DNA of 42,137 nucleotides from Oligoflexia bacterium (GTDB lineage Bacteria; Bdellovibrionota; UBA1018; CAIMNF01): NCBI GenBank assembly GCA_903858975.1, contig CAIOKW010000037.1, positions 1 to 42,137 of the forward strand, read 5' to 3'. Shown piece by piece: positions 17,299 to 25,472 of this stretch (position 1 is its first letter; each line of letters starts with the position of its first letter). The notes under the pieces were generated by a model. It saw only the letters and a program-made list of their open reading frames with translations, ran no database searches and was not told where the DNA came from. The position numbers and the translations under genes were made by a program.

Positions 17299-20238
17299 AT
17301 GAAACCATGTAAAACGGTTCTCTTAGCAACACTCCTGTTGATGAACGGATCAGCGCATGCCTTAGAGCTCAGCGCCGGTATTCGGGAATATTACAGTTCA
17401 CTGAATAAAAATGGCTATTCGAGTGATGGCGCGACAAAACTAAAAATGGGGATCACGGATTTAGGCGTGGGCTCGGTCACCTTAAATCTTAGGATCGCAG
17501 CCATGAGTCCGAGAGATTCGAGCCTCTATCTGCCAGTGCTTCGGTCTGATCAAAATTCCGTGGAGACTATGGTTTCTCGGATCATTCATGGAAACGCACT
17601 GCCCGTACTGAAGCCCATGATTCTGATCAATCCCGGCGTCGGGACTCCTTCCGGAATTCCTGAGATGAACCCAGGCTCCGGAAAATTACTTTTATCGAGT
17701 TACCAACAGGTCCTGGCCTCAAATCTACCGATTCTTACGCTGAAATCAGTCAAAGAGTTTGTATTAGGAGCGGGAATGGGAATGACCTATGGGAAGGAAT
17801 ATTCCGAAAGTTGGATGGCGATTCTCAGTAATTTTAGGCAGCGGTCAAATTCCAATCTCGATTTGAGTCTCGAGCTCTCTAATGAGAACGCGTTGGTCCA
17901 GTTAGAGAGTTTTAAAAGTGAGGATCCAGGCGCTTTTTTCGATACCTGGGGAGGCATCGACAAGATTCGTTTCACTCTTCCTATCGAAGAGTATTTAGAT
18001 CGAACGAATCTAGTGATTCAGAAGGAAAAGCTCAGCAAGCTCCTGCTCGATCGCTTGAGCCGTATTCATTCCTTGTTGCCCAATCGAAAAATTGGACTCT
18101 CAAATTTAATCCTACCGGCTTGTTTCAATTATACTTCAAATGAGTCTGAAGTAGAGTGCCCTGGGGTGGATCTCATTAATGGAATGGGGTTTACAAAAGA
18201 AGGAGAGCAGGCCCAACTTAAAATGCTCCAGGATTTCTTTGAGGTGATTGATCATGTACAACTTCAAACAGGAAGCGCCCTTCAAAGTATAGAGCTCACG
18301 TTTGCGAGTACACAAGATGAGCCCTTTGAGGCGGATGCGGATCCACGCTTTCCCTTTTATAATCCTAATGTAAAAGCGTTTTTAAAGGACAGGCTCCACT
18401 CGGATAATCATCACTCCACTGAAGTGACCAGTCTACCGAGGGCTTCCCTAGAGGACTTTAGTGGGGCGGACGAGGGAAAAAAAAGAGCGTGTATCTACTT
18501 CGATGAACTCAATGCAAAAGATGCTCTGGGAGCGATTCACGCGAGAATGCTTGAGAATTTGATCGGTGCTTTTCCGGATTGGAGGCGGGAGCGGCGATCG
18601 ATTCAGTTTTATCGAACTGGAGATCTTTTATCTTGCGATACTATTTTCTACCTGGCTTCAAATTTTGTTCTCGAGCCCCCTGCTGCATTTTATCCGGATC
18701 TCGTAGAGTTTGCACAACATCACACTCTCACTTGGTTTAATTACAAATTTGATCACTTTGCAGAGGCGAGCGCCGACTATGCCAGGCGCCACCCGGGTGC
18801 ATCACCCGTTTCTTTCCATGTTCCATATATGATTCAGCCTGATCGGCCTCCTACTTATGAAATCCCTGATCCAGGATTTTTTCGCTATTTTGATTACAAA
18901 GGAGAGACTTTCGAAAAACTGGCTCGCTATGATCCGATGACAAAGCTCTATAGCAATAGTCCAGAGCTGGGAGGGGTGCAGATTCAAGATCCATCCAAGG
19001 TGCAAGTGCTCTCTTATGCTCGCCATTCAAAAACTGATCAAAAAACTCCTTACGTTGTAGAGCAAAAATTGGGAGATGCCGGATCACTCTATTATTTTGC
19101 AGACCTTCCGTTTTCGTTTGGGCACTACGAAGACCGATATTTTATCTTTAGCGACCTCATCTACGATATTTTAAAAGAAAAAACCCCTGATCGTCCGCCG
19201 GTCGCACTCGTTCGCCTGGAGGATATTAATCCTAGCGACAGCATCAGTTCCATCTCTTGGGCCACTGATTATTTGGCCGATCACCACATTCCATTCTCGA
19301 TGGCCATGATTCCTTACTACAGTAATCTTTTCGAAGATCCGATTCGTGGAGTGAATGAACCGGTGTGGAAACCTGCGGATCAGTATCCAGAATTCTTGGG
19401 AGCCATGAAATATGCAAAGGCTCGGGGAGCGGATTTTGTGGTGCATGGGCTCGCGCACCAAGCGGGTGATTTGATTAGCGGGTTTAGTGGTTCAACGGGA
19501 AGTGATTATGAGTTTTGGAGTTGGCCCGCAAACCTTCCTCATCCTCAGGATCGCCCGGAATGGGTATTGCAACGTCTAGAGCTCGCCAAATCAGTAGTAG
19601 ACCGAATGGGAATTAAGCCTCTGGCCTGGGAGGTACCCCATTATGCGGGAAGTGCCCTTGATTTTGTTCTCTTTGGAAAGTTATTTGAATGGAATTATCA
19701 CCGAGGTATCTATTTCAAATCTGAAATTAGAGAAGATGCGCCGATTACTACGCAAGAAGAGATCTTCAATTGTAATGATCGCGAATGTCGGGACCAAAGA
19801 TCGGCGGCGCTCTCTCACATGAAGGTTGAGGCTGACTACAAAACCTTTGGAAGCCAAATCTTTCCTTATCCCATATTTAAAGACAGCTATGGTCAAGCGA
19901 TTATCCCGGAAACTCTGGGGATGATCGACTTTGCATTCTACAGTCCGGGCACCTGGCGCCCGGTCAGCTTTACTGAAGATCTCTTGAGGCGAGCTAAAAA
20001 ACTGAGAGTCATTCGAGGGGCGATGGCCTCTTTTTTTTGGCACCCGATTTTACTCAATCAGGACAATCGATATTACCAAGAAAAACCTGGGAGTTTTGAA
20101 CAATTGGGCGGTACCCAGACCTTGATTCAGATGGTGGAAGGACTTAAAGCGCTTGGGTATGAGTTCAAAAGTATTTCGGATTGCAAACTGTTCCCACGCC
20201 GCGCGTGTGGATCTAATGAAGGGAATCGAGAAAAATGA
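17299..20238 (+). CDS. Secreted multidomain protein: N-terminal TIM-barrel glycosidase-like region plus C-terminal DUF2334 / polysaccharide-deacetylase-like domain
   Basis: 979 aa with signal peptide MKPCKTVLLATLLLMNGSAHA. The C-terminal third carries VALVRLEDINPSD, IPFSMAMIPYY, VVHGLAHQ and DYEFW, the pattern I associate with DUF2334 (CE4-like). The N-terminal segment VKEFVLGAGMGMT resembles VEEFTLGAELYSMT of the next gene. Confidence 0.6.
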   Translation: MKPCKTVLLATLLLMNGSAHALELSAGIREYYSSLNKNGYSSDGATKLKMGITDLGVGSVTLNLRIAAMSPRDSSLYLPVLRSDQNSVETMVSRIIHGNALPVLKPMILINPGVGTPSGIPEMNPGSGKLLLSSYQQVLASNLPILTLKSVKEFVLGAGMGMTYGKEYSESWMAILSNFRQRSNSNLDLSLELSNENALVQLESFKSEDPGAFFDTWGGIDKIRFTLPIEEYLDRTNLVIQKEKLSKLLLDRLSRIHSLLPNRKIGLSNLILPACFNYTSNESEVECPGVDLINGMGFTKEGEQAQLKMLQDFFEVIDHVQLQTGSALQSIELTFASTQDEPFEADADPRFPFYNPNVKAFLKDRLHSDNHHSTEVTSLPRASLEDFSGADEGKKRACIYFDELNAKDALGAIHARMLENLIGAFPDWRRERRSIQFYRTGDLLSCDTIFYLASNFVLEPPAAFYPDLVEFAQHHTLTWFNYKFDHFAEASADYARRHPGASPVSFHVPYMIQPDRPPTYEIPDPGFFRYFDYKGETFEKLARYDPMTKLYSNSPELGGVQIQDPSKVQVLSYARHSKTDQKTPYVVEQKLGDAGSLYYFADLPFSFGHYEDRYFIFSDLIYDILKEKTPDRPPVALVRLEDINPSDSISSISWATDYLADHHIPFSMAMIPYYSNLFEDPIRGVNEPVWKPADQYPEFLGAMKYAKARGADFVVHGLAHQAGDLISGFSGSTGSDYEFWSWPANLPHPQDRPEWVLQRLELAKSVVDRMGIKPLAWEVPHYAGSALDFVLFGKLFEWNYHRGIYFKSEIREDAPITTQEEIFNCNDRECRDQRSAALSHMKVEADYKTFGSQIFPYPIFKDSYGQAIIPETLGMIDFAFYSPGTWRPVSFTEDLLRRAKKLRVIRGAMASFFWHPILLNQDNRYYQEKPGSFEQLGGTQTLIQMVEGLKALGYEFKSISDCKLFPRRACGSNEGNREK

Positions 20239-21515
20239 AAGTCGTTTTAACTTTAGGGTTGTTGGTTTTAGTCTCGCTTTGGTCGAGCGATGTTCAAGCA
20301 ATGATGGGAGGAATGAATCTCACGGAACAAGATAAATTCCCCTACGACGCGGCAGTTGGGGGAGGCGCTAAAACTCCCGCCCAAATCGCAGTCGATGAGA
20401 TTCGGGCGTTAGGCGCCACGCATGTCATCTTAAATCCGAGGGCTACGATGAATAATCCGAAGGGGAATGACCTTGTGCCCGTGACTCCCATCTCAGATCG
20501 CTCGGCAGAGCGAGGCCGCTATAAACGACTCATTGATTATATCCATTCTCAAGGGATGACGGTCGGAATTCGTCCGATCTTTTTTGTGGTTGCTCCGGAT
20601 GGAAGCTTTCCTTATCTTGAGCCTCTTCCTAATGGTGGCACGAAGCTCTGGTGGCACGGAAACATTGAGCCCTCGGATCCTAATCAATGGTTTGAGTCTT
20701 TTCGCTCCTATCTTGATATCTATCTCCTCATTGCAAAGATAAACCATGTAGAGGAGTTCACTCTCGGAGCGGAGCTCTATAGCATGACGGTGGGGATTGA
20801 GGATCAGTGGTTAGCCTATCCATATGGCTTTCCGGGACGGTGGTTAGATCTCCTCCATTATGCAAAAAAGAAAATCGATGCGACGACTCGAGTGATGTAC
20901 GACATTAACTTCACTGACGATATTGTCAATGCGACTGGGGTATCGGCGAGTGGGGGTGAGCTTGAGCGTTGGAGATATCGTATTGTGGATCTCGCGAATC
21001 CAAGAAATCCGGAGGAGCATCAGATTTGGCAAGATCTCGTGTCTTTTTGGAATGAGCTTGATGCTGTGGGCATTGATATGTATCGATCCCTTGCCGGCAC
21101 ACATGACATCATTCCGACAAACTCACCTGATCTCGTTAGGCTTTTGCGGGTCAGGGCAGATCAGTTTGCATCCCAAATGGATAACACGATGGTGAACATT
21201 GAGTTGGTGACGGGAAAGCATCAGTTAGCCATGTTTAAAGAGCTTGGCTATCGCAGCATGGTGAAAGGGTTTATTGATCCCTTTTATTATGAAAACGGAG
21301 CTGGGGTTTATAGTGGCGCTCATCAGGCAGCGGCCTATGAGGCAATGTTTCAGTCGTTTTGGACGCCTAAGTTTGATTGGTTTGGTGGAGGATCGTTCTG
21401 GGATGTGGGCGTATCACCCAACCGAAACTCAGGTTCAGGTGATACGGGGTTTAGTCCTATTGGAAAATTAGAAACAGTCGATGTGTTAAAGGAAATCTTC
21501 GGATTTAAATATTAA
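20235..21515 (+). CDS. Secreted putative TIM-barrel glycoside hydrolase (EPS-operon member 5)
   Basis: The ATG overlaps the upstream stop (ATGA). Signal peptide MKVVLTLGLLVLVSLWSSDVQA. The alternating beta/alpha pattern with GATHVILNP, GMTVGIRPIFF, EEFTLGAELYS and AVGIDMY is typical of clan GH-A-like barrels. The family is not identifiable by eye. Confidence 0.5.
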   Translation: MKVVLTLGLLVLVSLWSSDVQAMMGGMNLTEQDKFPYDAAVGGGAKTPAQIAVDEIRALGATHVILNPRATMNNPKGNDLVPVTPISDRSAERGRYKRLIDYIHSQGMTVGIRPIFFVVAPDGSFPYLEPLPNGGTKLWWHGNIEPSDPNQWFESFRSYLDIYLLIAKINHVEEFTLGAELYSMTVGIEDQWLAYPYGFPGRWLDLLHYAKKKIDATTRVMYDINFTDDIVNATGVSASGGELERWRYRIVDLANPRNPEEHQIWQDLVSFWNELDAVGIDMYRSLAGTHDIIPTNSPDLVRLLRVRADQFASQMDNTMVNIELVTGKHQLAMFKELGYRSMVKGFIDPFYYENGAGVYSGAHQAAAYEAMFQSFWTPKFDWFGGGSFWDVGVSPNRNSGSGDTGFSPIGKLETVDVLKEIFGFKY

Positions 21516-21528
21516 AGCGGAAGACGGC

Positions 21529-22632
21529 TCAGAGTTGATCGGCAATCCTCTGGGCCGCAAATCCATCCCCGAAAATATTTCTTTGAATTCCGCGTTTTTC
21601 TGGGCGTCCTAAGTTCTTCGCCCATTGCATCGACTTCCGAATAGAGTCTGGATCGGTTCCCGCAAGTCTTGCAACTCCTTCATTCACCGCCTCCATTCTT
21701 TCGGTGGTTTTTCTGCAGATCACTACCGGAAGTCCCAGAGTGGACGCTTCTTCTTGAATTCCTCCTGAATCCGTAATGACGAACTCACACTCGGAGAGGA
21801 GGTGGCAAGTCTCTCCATAGTGGATGGCAGGGATCATGTGCACTTGTTTTAAGTGAGAGAGGTGTTTCTCAGCAGCAGGCTTAGCGGTGTGATTGGGGTG
21901 AATAGGATAGATGAGAGAGAGTTCAGGATTTGAGACGATGAATTTTGCGAGCGTCTCAAACCATGCATCCATGGCGGCTTTATTCTCTCTTCGATGAGCA
22001 GTTAACAGAACGGGTTTTTGGCCCGCGTCTTTCACGACCTTTAAGAGTTGAGAAATACTCTCAGGTGCATGTTGTTCCAGGGTCCATTTCAAGGCATCAA
22101 TTCCTGTATTTCCGGTCAAAAAAATATTCTGAGCGGGAACCCCTTCATTCAGAAGGGCTTGCCTTGCCATTTCGGTGGGCGCAAAGTGGGCCTTTGCTAC
22201 TATGGCTATGAGGCGACGGTTACCTTCTTCCGGAAAGGGGTGATCTAAGTCATAGGAGCGAAGGCCCGCCTCATTATGAGCGACCTTTACGCCCGATTGA
22301 AAGGCCGCCCAGGCCGCCATCGCAGCACTGGTGGTGTCTCCTTGAACAATCAGCCATTCAGGCTTAGATTTTAAAAACAGTTCATCTAAGCCCTCGAGTA
22401 CCGCAGCAGAAGAGGAGCTTAAGGTTTGATTGGGTTTCATGATGTTCAAGTTAAAATCAAGATGAACTCCAAAGTGTGAAAGGGCTTGCTCCAGCAATTC
22501 CTTGTGTTGCCCGGTTCCGACCAGGGCAACTTTCTCTTTTCCAAATCGCCTCACGAGTTCGAAGTAAAGCGGCACTTGCTTGATCACCTCGGGGCGGGTT
22601 CCAACTAAAATCCAGTAAATTTGATTCTCCAT
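21529..22632 (-). CDS. wecB: UDP-N-acetylglucosamine 2-epimerase (non-hydrolysing)
   Basis: Motifs VGTRPEVIK, GTGQHKELL, VQGDTTSA, HNEAGLRS, PFPEEGNRR and DSGGIQEE. The start is ATG 22632 (MENQIYW...), with AAGGAG 8 nt upstream; the track start at 22665 adds 11 aa. Confidence 0.93.
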   Translation of the reverse strand: MENQIYWILVGTRPEVIKQVPLYFELVRRFGKEKVALVGTGQHKELLEQALSHFGVHLDFNLNIMKPNQTLSSSSAAVLEGLDELFLKSKPEWLIVQGDTTSAAMAAWAAFQSGVKVAHNEAGLRSYDLDHPFPEEGNRRLIAIVAKAHFAPTEMARQALLNEGVPAQNIFLTGNTGIDALKWTLEQHAPESISQLLKVVKDAGQKPVLLTAHRRENKAAMDAWFETLAKFIVSNPELSLIYPIHPNHTAKPAAEKHLSHLKQVHMIPAIHYGETCHLLSECEFVITDSGGIQEEASTLGLPVVICRKTTERMEAVNEGVARLAGTDPDSIRKSMQWAKNLGRPEKRGIQRNIFGDGFAAQRIADQL

Positions 22633-22663
22633 GATAACGACTCCTTTGTGGTACCTTATGCCC

Positions 22664-23464
22664 ATGAAAAATCAGATGTCGAATATTTTCTTCGTATTTA
22701 TCCTTGTTTTTGCCTTCTTTTTCACGCAAATGATTGCGAGAGCTGATGAGTCCACGCAGGATTGGGACACTTTTTCCTCTCTCTATTTTGAGACCGCTTA
22801 CTTAAATCGAGCTGGAACTGGTGCGGGACTGATTGTCCCAAAGGCGGGCGTGATCAACCGAAAGCGAGGATTCGAAATCTATTTTACTCCGAGGTTGGGC
22901 ATGGATAGTCGAACCTTCCTCGAGAAGAGCGATCAAATTTATAATGATAACTATTTGTTCTTGGGTGCTGGTTTTGATTACACAGGTTTTATTGAAGGCG
23001 TGCGTTTGTCGCTTCAGTTAGGAAACTCTTTTGATCTGAATGAAAAGATTCACCTCGGAGGATTCGATACGAGAGTGGGCTTCATGACCTATCATGAACA
23101 GATGTGGGGACTTGAGCGATTTTGGAATGAGATTTACTCAGAAGCATTTTATGTGCGTCGTTACCGTAATGGACTTTTTAATCTTCAGCTGAGAAGTGTT
23201 TATGTTCCTCTTCAGTTGAAGCAAGACCATGGACGTGTTTTTGAAGGAGGACCGTACCTGAACGGGAGCTTCTCATTCGATACTGCAGCCTATGATTACA
23301 ATCGTTTTATCGAAGCCCAATACGGGGTTCGCATTCGCTATCGAGCACCTTTCGCAACAGCACTCCATGTGCTTGGGGTGATAGGTAAAAGGACACAGGT
23401 GAACGCGAACCCACGTAACTATCAAGACTTCAGATTGTTACTCACTGGAAGCTACGAAATTTAA
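22664..23464 (+). CDS. Secreted protein, possible outer-membrane beta-barrel
   Basis: Signal peptide MKNQMSNIFFVFILVFAFFFTQMIARA. The mature part shows alternating aromatic/hydrophilic strands (YFETAYL, FEIYFTPRL, LFLGAGFDYT, VRLSLQLG, FNLQLRSVYV, YGVRIRYRA). The start is ambiguous, with in-frame ATGs at 22631, 22658, 22664 and 22676. Confidence 0.5.
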   Translation: MKNQMSNIFFVFILVFAFFFTQMIARADESTQDWDTFSSLYFETAYLNRAGTGAGLIVPKAGVINRKRGFEIYFTPRLGMDSRTFLEKSDQIYNDNYLFLGAGFDYTGFIEGVRLSLQLGNSFDLNEKIHLGGFDTRVGFMTYHEQMWGLERFWNEIYSEAFYVRRYRNGLFNLQLRSVYVPLQLKQDHGRVFEGGPYLNGSFSFDTAAYDYNRFIEAQYGVRIRYRAPFATALHVLGVIGKRTQVNANPRNYQDFRLLLTGSYEI

Positions 23465-23787
23465 TGTCTTAGGCTTTCATCCGAAGGTGGGGAGGCTGTA
23501 GGCGCCTTCTCACCCGGCTTGCGGTTCAAAGCGTTGACGAGCGCGAGTCCTGAAATCGCAATTGCAGCAATCACGACAAATGGCTCTTTCTTCACAACTT
23601 TCGCCACACGATTCAACATTGAATCGAGTTTAGCAGATGCAGCCTCAACTGATTCAATCATGATTCCCTCGACCTCGCCGAGTAGTTTACCACTGAAATC
23701 AGTGACATTCTCCCGTTCGTGAGTCACAAAATCGAGTGTTCGATTTTTAAGTGACTCGATTTTTGGATCAATATTTATCTCACTCAT
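23461..23787 (-). CDS. DUF883 / ElaB-YqjD-like tail-anchored membrane protein
   Basis: 108 aa with an AGGAAA RBS. A helical N-terminus is followed by VKKEPFVVIAAIAISGLALVNALNRK, a C-terminal TM anchor. Confidence 0.6.
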   Translation of the reverse strand: MSEINIDPKIESLKNRTLDFVTHERENVTDFSGKLLGEVEGIMIESVEAASAKLDSMLNRVAKVVKKEPFVVIAAIAISGLALVNALNRKPGEKAPTASPPSDESLRH

Positions 23788-23913
23788 GGTTAATGTTTCC
23801 TTTCCATGGAGTGAGGAGCAATCGTCGTGCCGTCTAAGCAGACCTTAATCTTGATTTAATCGTGATCGAGAGTATCAATTGAGACAATGCCGATCGAGTC
23901 AACGCCGAATCCG

Positions 23914-24714
23914 TCACTTTACCCCAACAACATAGGCGATATAGGAGTGCGACAATTCTGAGTTTTCGGTCGGGAGATATTCACCCGAGCCTTCGCCTTC
24001 TTCGTCAGGACGTTCCCAAAGAACGACGCTCTCTTTAAATCCAGCGTCTTTCAGGATTTCTCGGAGCTCTCGAATACTCCACACTCTCCAGTGGTAGGTG
24101 AATGCATCATTGAGCCATTCGCCATCAGGGAGTTTAAAATGAATGGAGTAGTCATTGACGGAGGTAATGGGGTCAAATTGATGCTGTTCCCAAACCTGGG
24201 TGACTTTTCCTAATTGAGGTACGGAAATCGTTTTCACTTCCCGATGGGGCTCAATGAATCCAGGCCCTCCGGCGACTTCAAGAAAAAAAGTGCCTTTCGA
24301 TTTCAGGGATTTAAAAGCGGCGCGAGCATAGCGGAGAAGTTCTTTTCGTTCGTGAAATCCAAAATAGGAAAAATTAAATGCGCCAATCATATCGAATTTG
24401 GCAGGCATGGCCTTCTTTACGTCTTGTCGCAAAAATTGAACTCGAGATTGTTGATCCCGTTTGAGTTCTGCCCTGTTCACGTCGTTCGCATAAGCCAGAA
24501 CTTCGCGGTCGAGATCGATTCCTACGGCTTTATGTTTTTTAGATCGTTTGACCCATTCACAGGCGATTCGACCGCTGCCGCAGAAATCCTCCCGAAAGTG
24601 AAGCGGGTCCTTTCCCGTTAACCATTGGTGGAACTGCGGCAGGTAATCGACCTGCCAGTTGGGGCTTTGCACACTGAGTTCATAGAGTTTAAATTTTGAT
24701 ATGGGTGTCTTCAC
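23914..24714 (-). CDS. Class I SAM-dependent methyltransferase
   Basis: 266 aa. The DFCGSGRIA motif (E/DxGxGxG-like motif I) is followed by GIDLD and the acidic loop LRQDV. Confidence 0.7.
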   Translation of the reverse strand: MKTPISKFKLYELSVQSPNWQVDYLPQFHQWLTGKDPLHFREDFCGSGRIACEWVKRSKKHKAVGIDLDREVLAYANDVNRAELKRDQQSRVQFLRQDVKKAMPAKFDMIGAFNFSYFGFHERKELLRYARAAFKSLKSKGTFFLEVAGGPGFIEPHREVKTISVPQLGKVTQVWEQHQFDPITSVNDYSIHFKLPDGEWLNDAFTYHWRVWSIRELREILKDAGFKESVVLWERPDEEGEGSGEYLPTENSELSHSYIAYVVGVK

Positions 24715-24761
24715 ACCCTTTACTCTATTTCATCTCTACGAAGTTTGCAGAATTATCTGCG

Positions 24762-25028
24762 TCAGTGGTGCAAAGTCTCACTTCGAGAGCTCGGCTCCCG
24801 TCTGGTCAGGCGAACAATGGCATATCCCAAGACTGCAACGATCGCCGCGGTCGCGACAGGATTCTTCCGAATCACCTCGCCAGCTTTCTTCGTGAAGGCC
24901 ATAATTTGGAGGGCGGCTTCATCGAGTGTGCTCTTCGCTAAGGATTCTAATTCTAGCATCGAGGAGCTCACCGGGCGTGAACTTGAGTCGAATTTAGTCG
25001 TGTCATAGCTTGTTTTGGTTTCATTCAT
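24762..25028 (-). CDS. DUF883 / ElaB-YqjD-like tail-anchored membrane protein (paralog of 23461-23787)
   Basis: The C-terminal IRKNPVATAAIVAVLGYAIVRLTRR matches the anchor of the 108-aa protein. ATG 25028 is 7 nt after AAGGAG, whereas the track start at 25034 is only 1 nt after it. Confidence 0.55.
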   Translation of the reverse strand: MNETKTSYDTTKFDSSSRPVSSSMLELESLAKSTLDEAALQIMAFTKKAGEVIRKNPVATAAIVAVLGYAIVRLTRREPSSRSETLHH

Positions 25029-25080
25029 ATACATACTCCTTCGGAGTCTAAACAGAGCAAGCTATGTACCGAATGTAGAT

Positions 25081-25341
25081 CTAGGGAGTAGGGATGGGGC
25101 GGCCATAGTTATCCACACAGAGTTCCACGGTTTGGCCATGGTCTTTAAAGTTCCCTACGCTACAGAGGTTTGTGGCGGTGCGTATTTTGTAATGGTTTCC
25201 ATAAAAAGATACGAATCCCCCTGCATCGGTACTACTGGTGGGTGATCGGTTTAGTTTCGTGGCTTGAGTAGGGATCTGAGAAAAGGCTGAGCCCCCCCCA
25301 ATCATCGCAAGCCCTATGAAAATGCCAATGTAGAACTTCAT
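25081..25341 (-). CDS. Small secreted hypothetical protein
   Basis: 86 aa with signal peptide MKFYIGIFIGLAMIGGGSAFS. It contains a G8 homopolymer on the coding strand. Confidence 0.5.
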   Translation of the reverse strand: MKFYIGIFIGLAMIGGGSAFSQIPTQATKLNRSPTSSTDAGGFVSFYGNHYKIRTATNLCSVGNFKDHGQTVELCVDNYGRPIPTP

Positions 25342-25472
25342 CCCTAGCCTCGGTCTTTAGGATAGCACTGAAAATGCGCTTCAAAAATGAGTCGAAAGGG
25401 ACACGCCAAAATTCAATGAAAATAATTGTGCACCCCTGACAGCAAAATGAAGGTTTGTGATAGTCTAGCTTT

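Noticed and set aside
21516-21528. A terminator between the convergent EPS-operon end and wecB.
   Set aside because: The gap is 13 nt with no hairpin or T-tract. Termination signals, if any, must lie within the coding regions.
25035-25047. An SD-sequestering hairpin (ACTCC-gaa-GGAGT) acting as an RNA thermometer for the DUF883-like gene.
   Set aside because: It has only a 5-bp stem with a 3-nt loop, which is too weak to argue for regulation without conservation data. It is mentioned under the DUF883 finding only.
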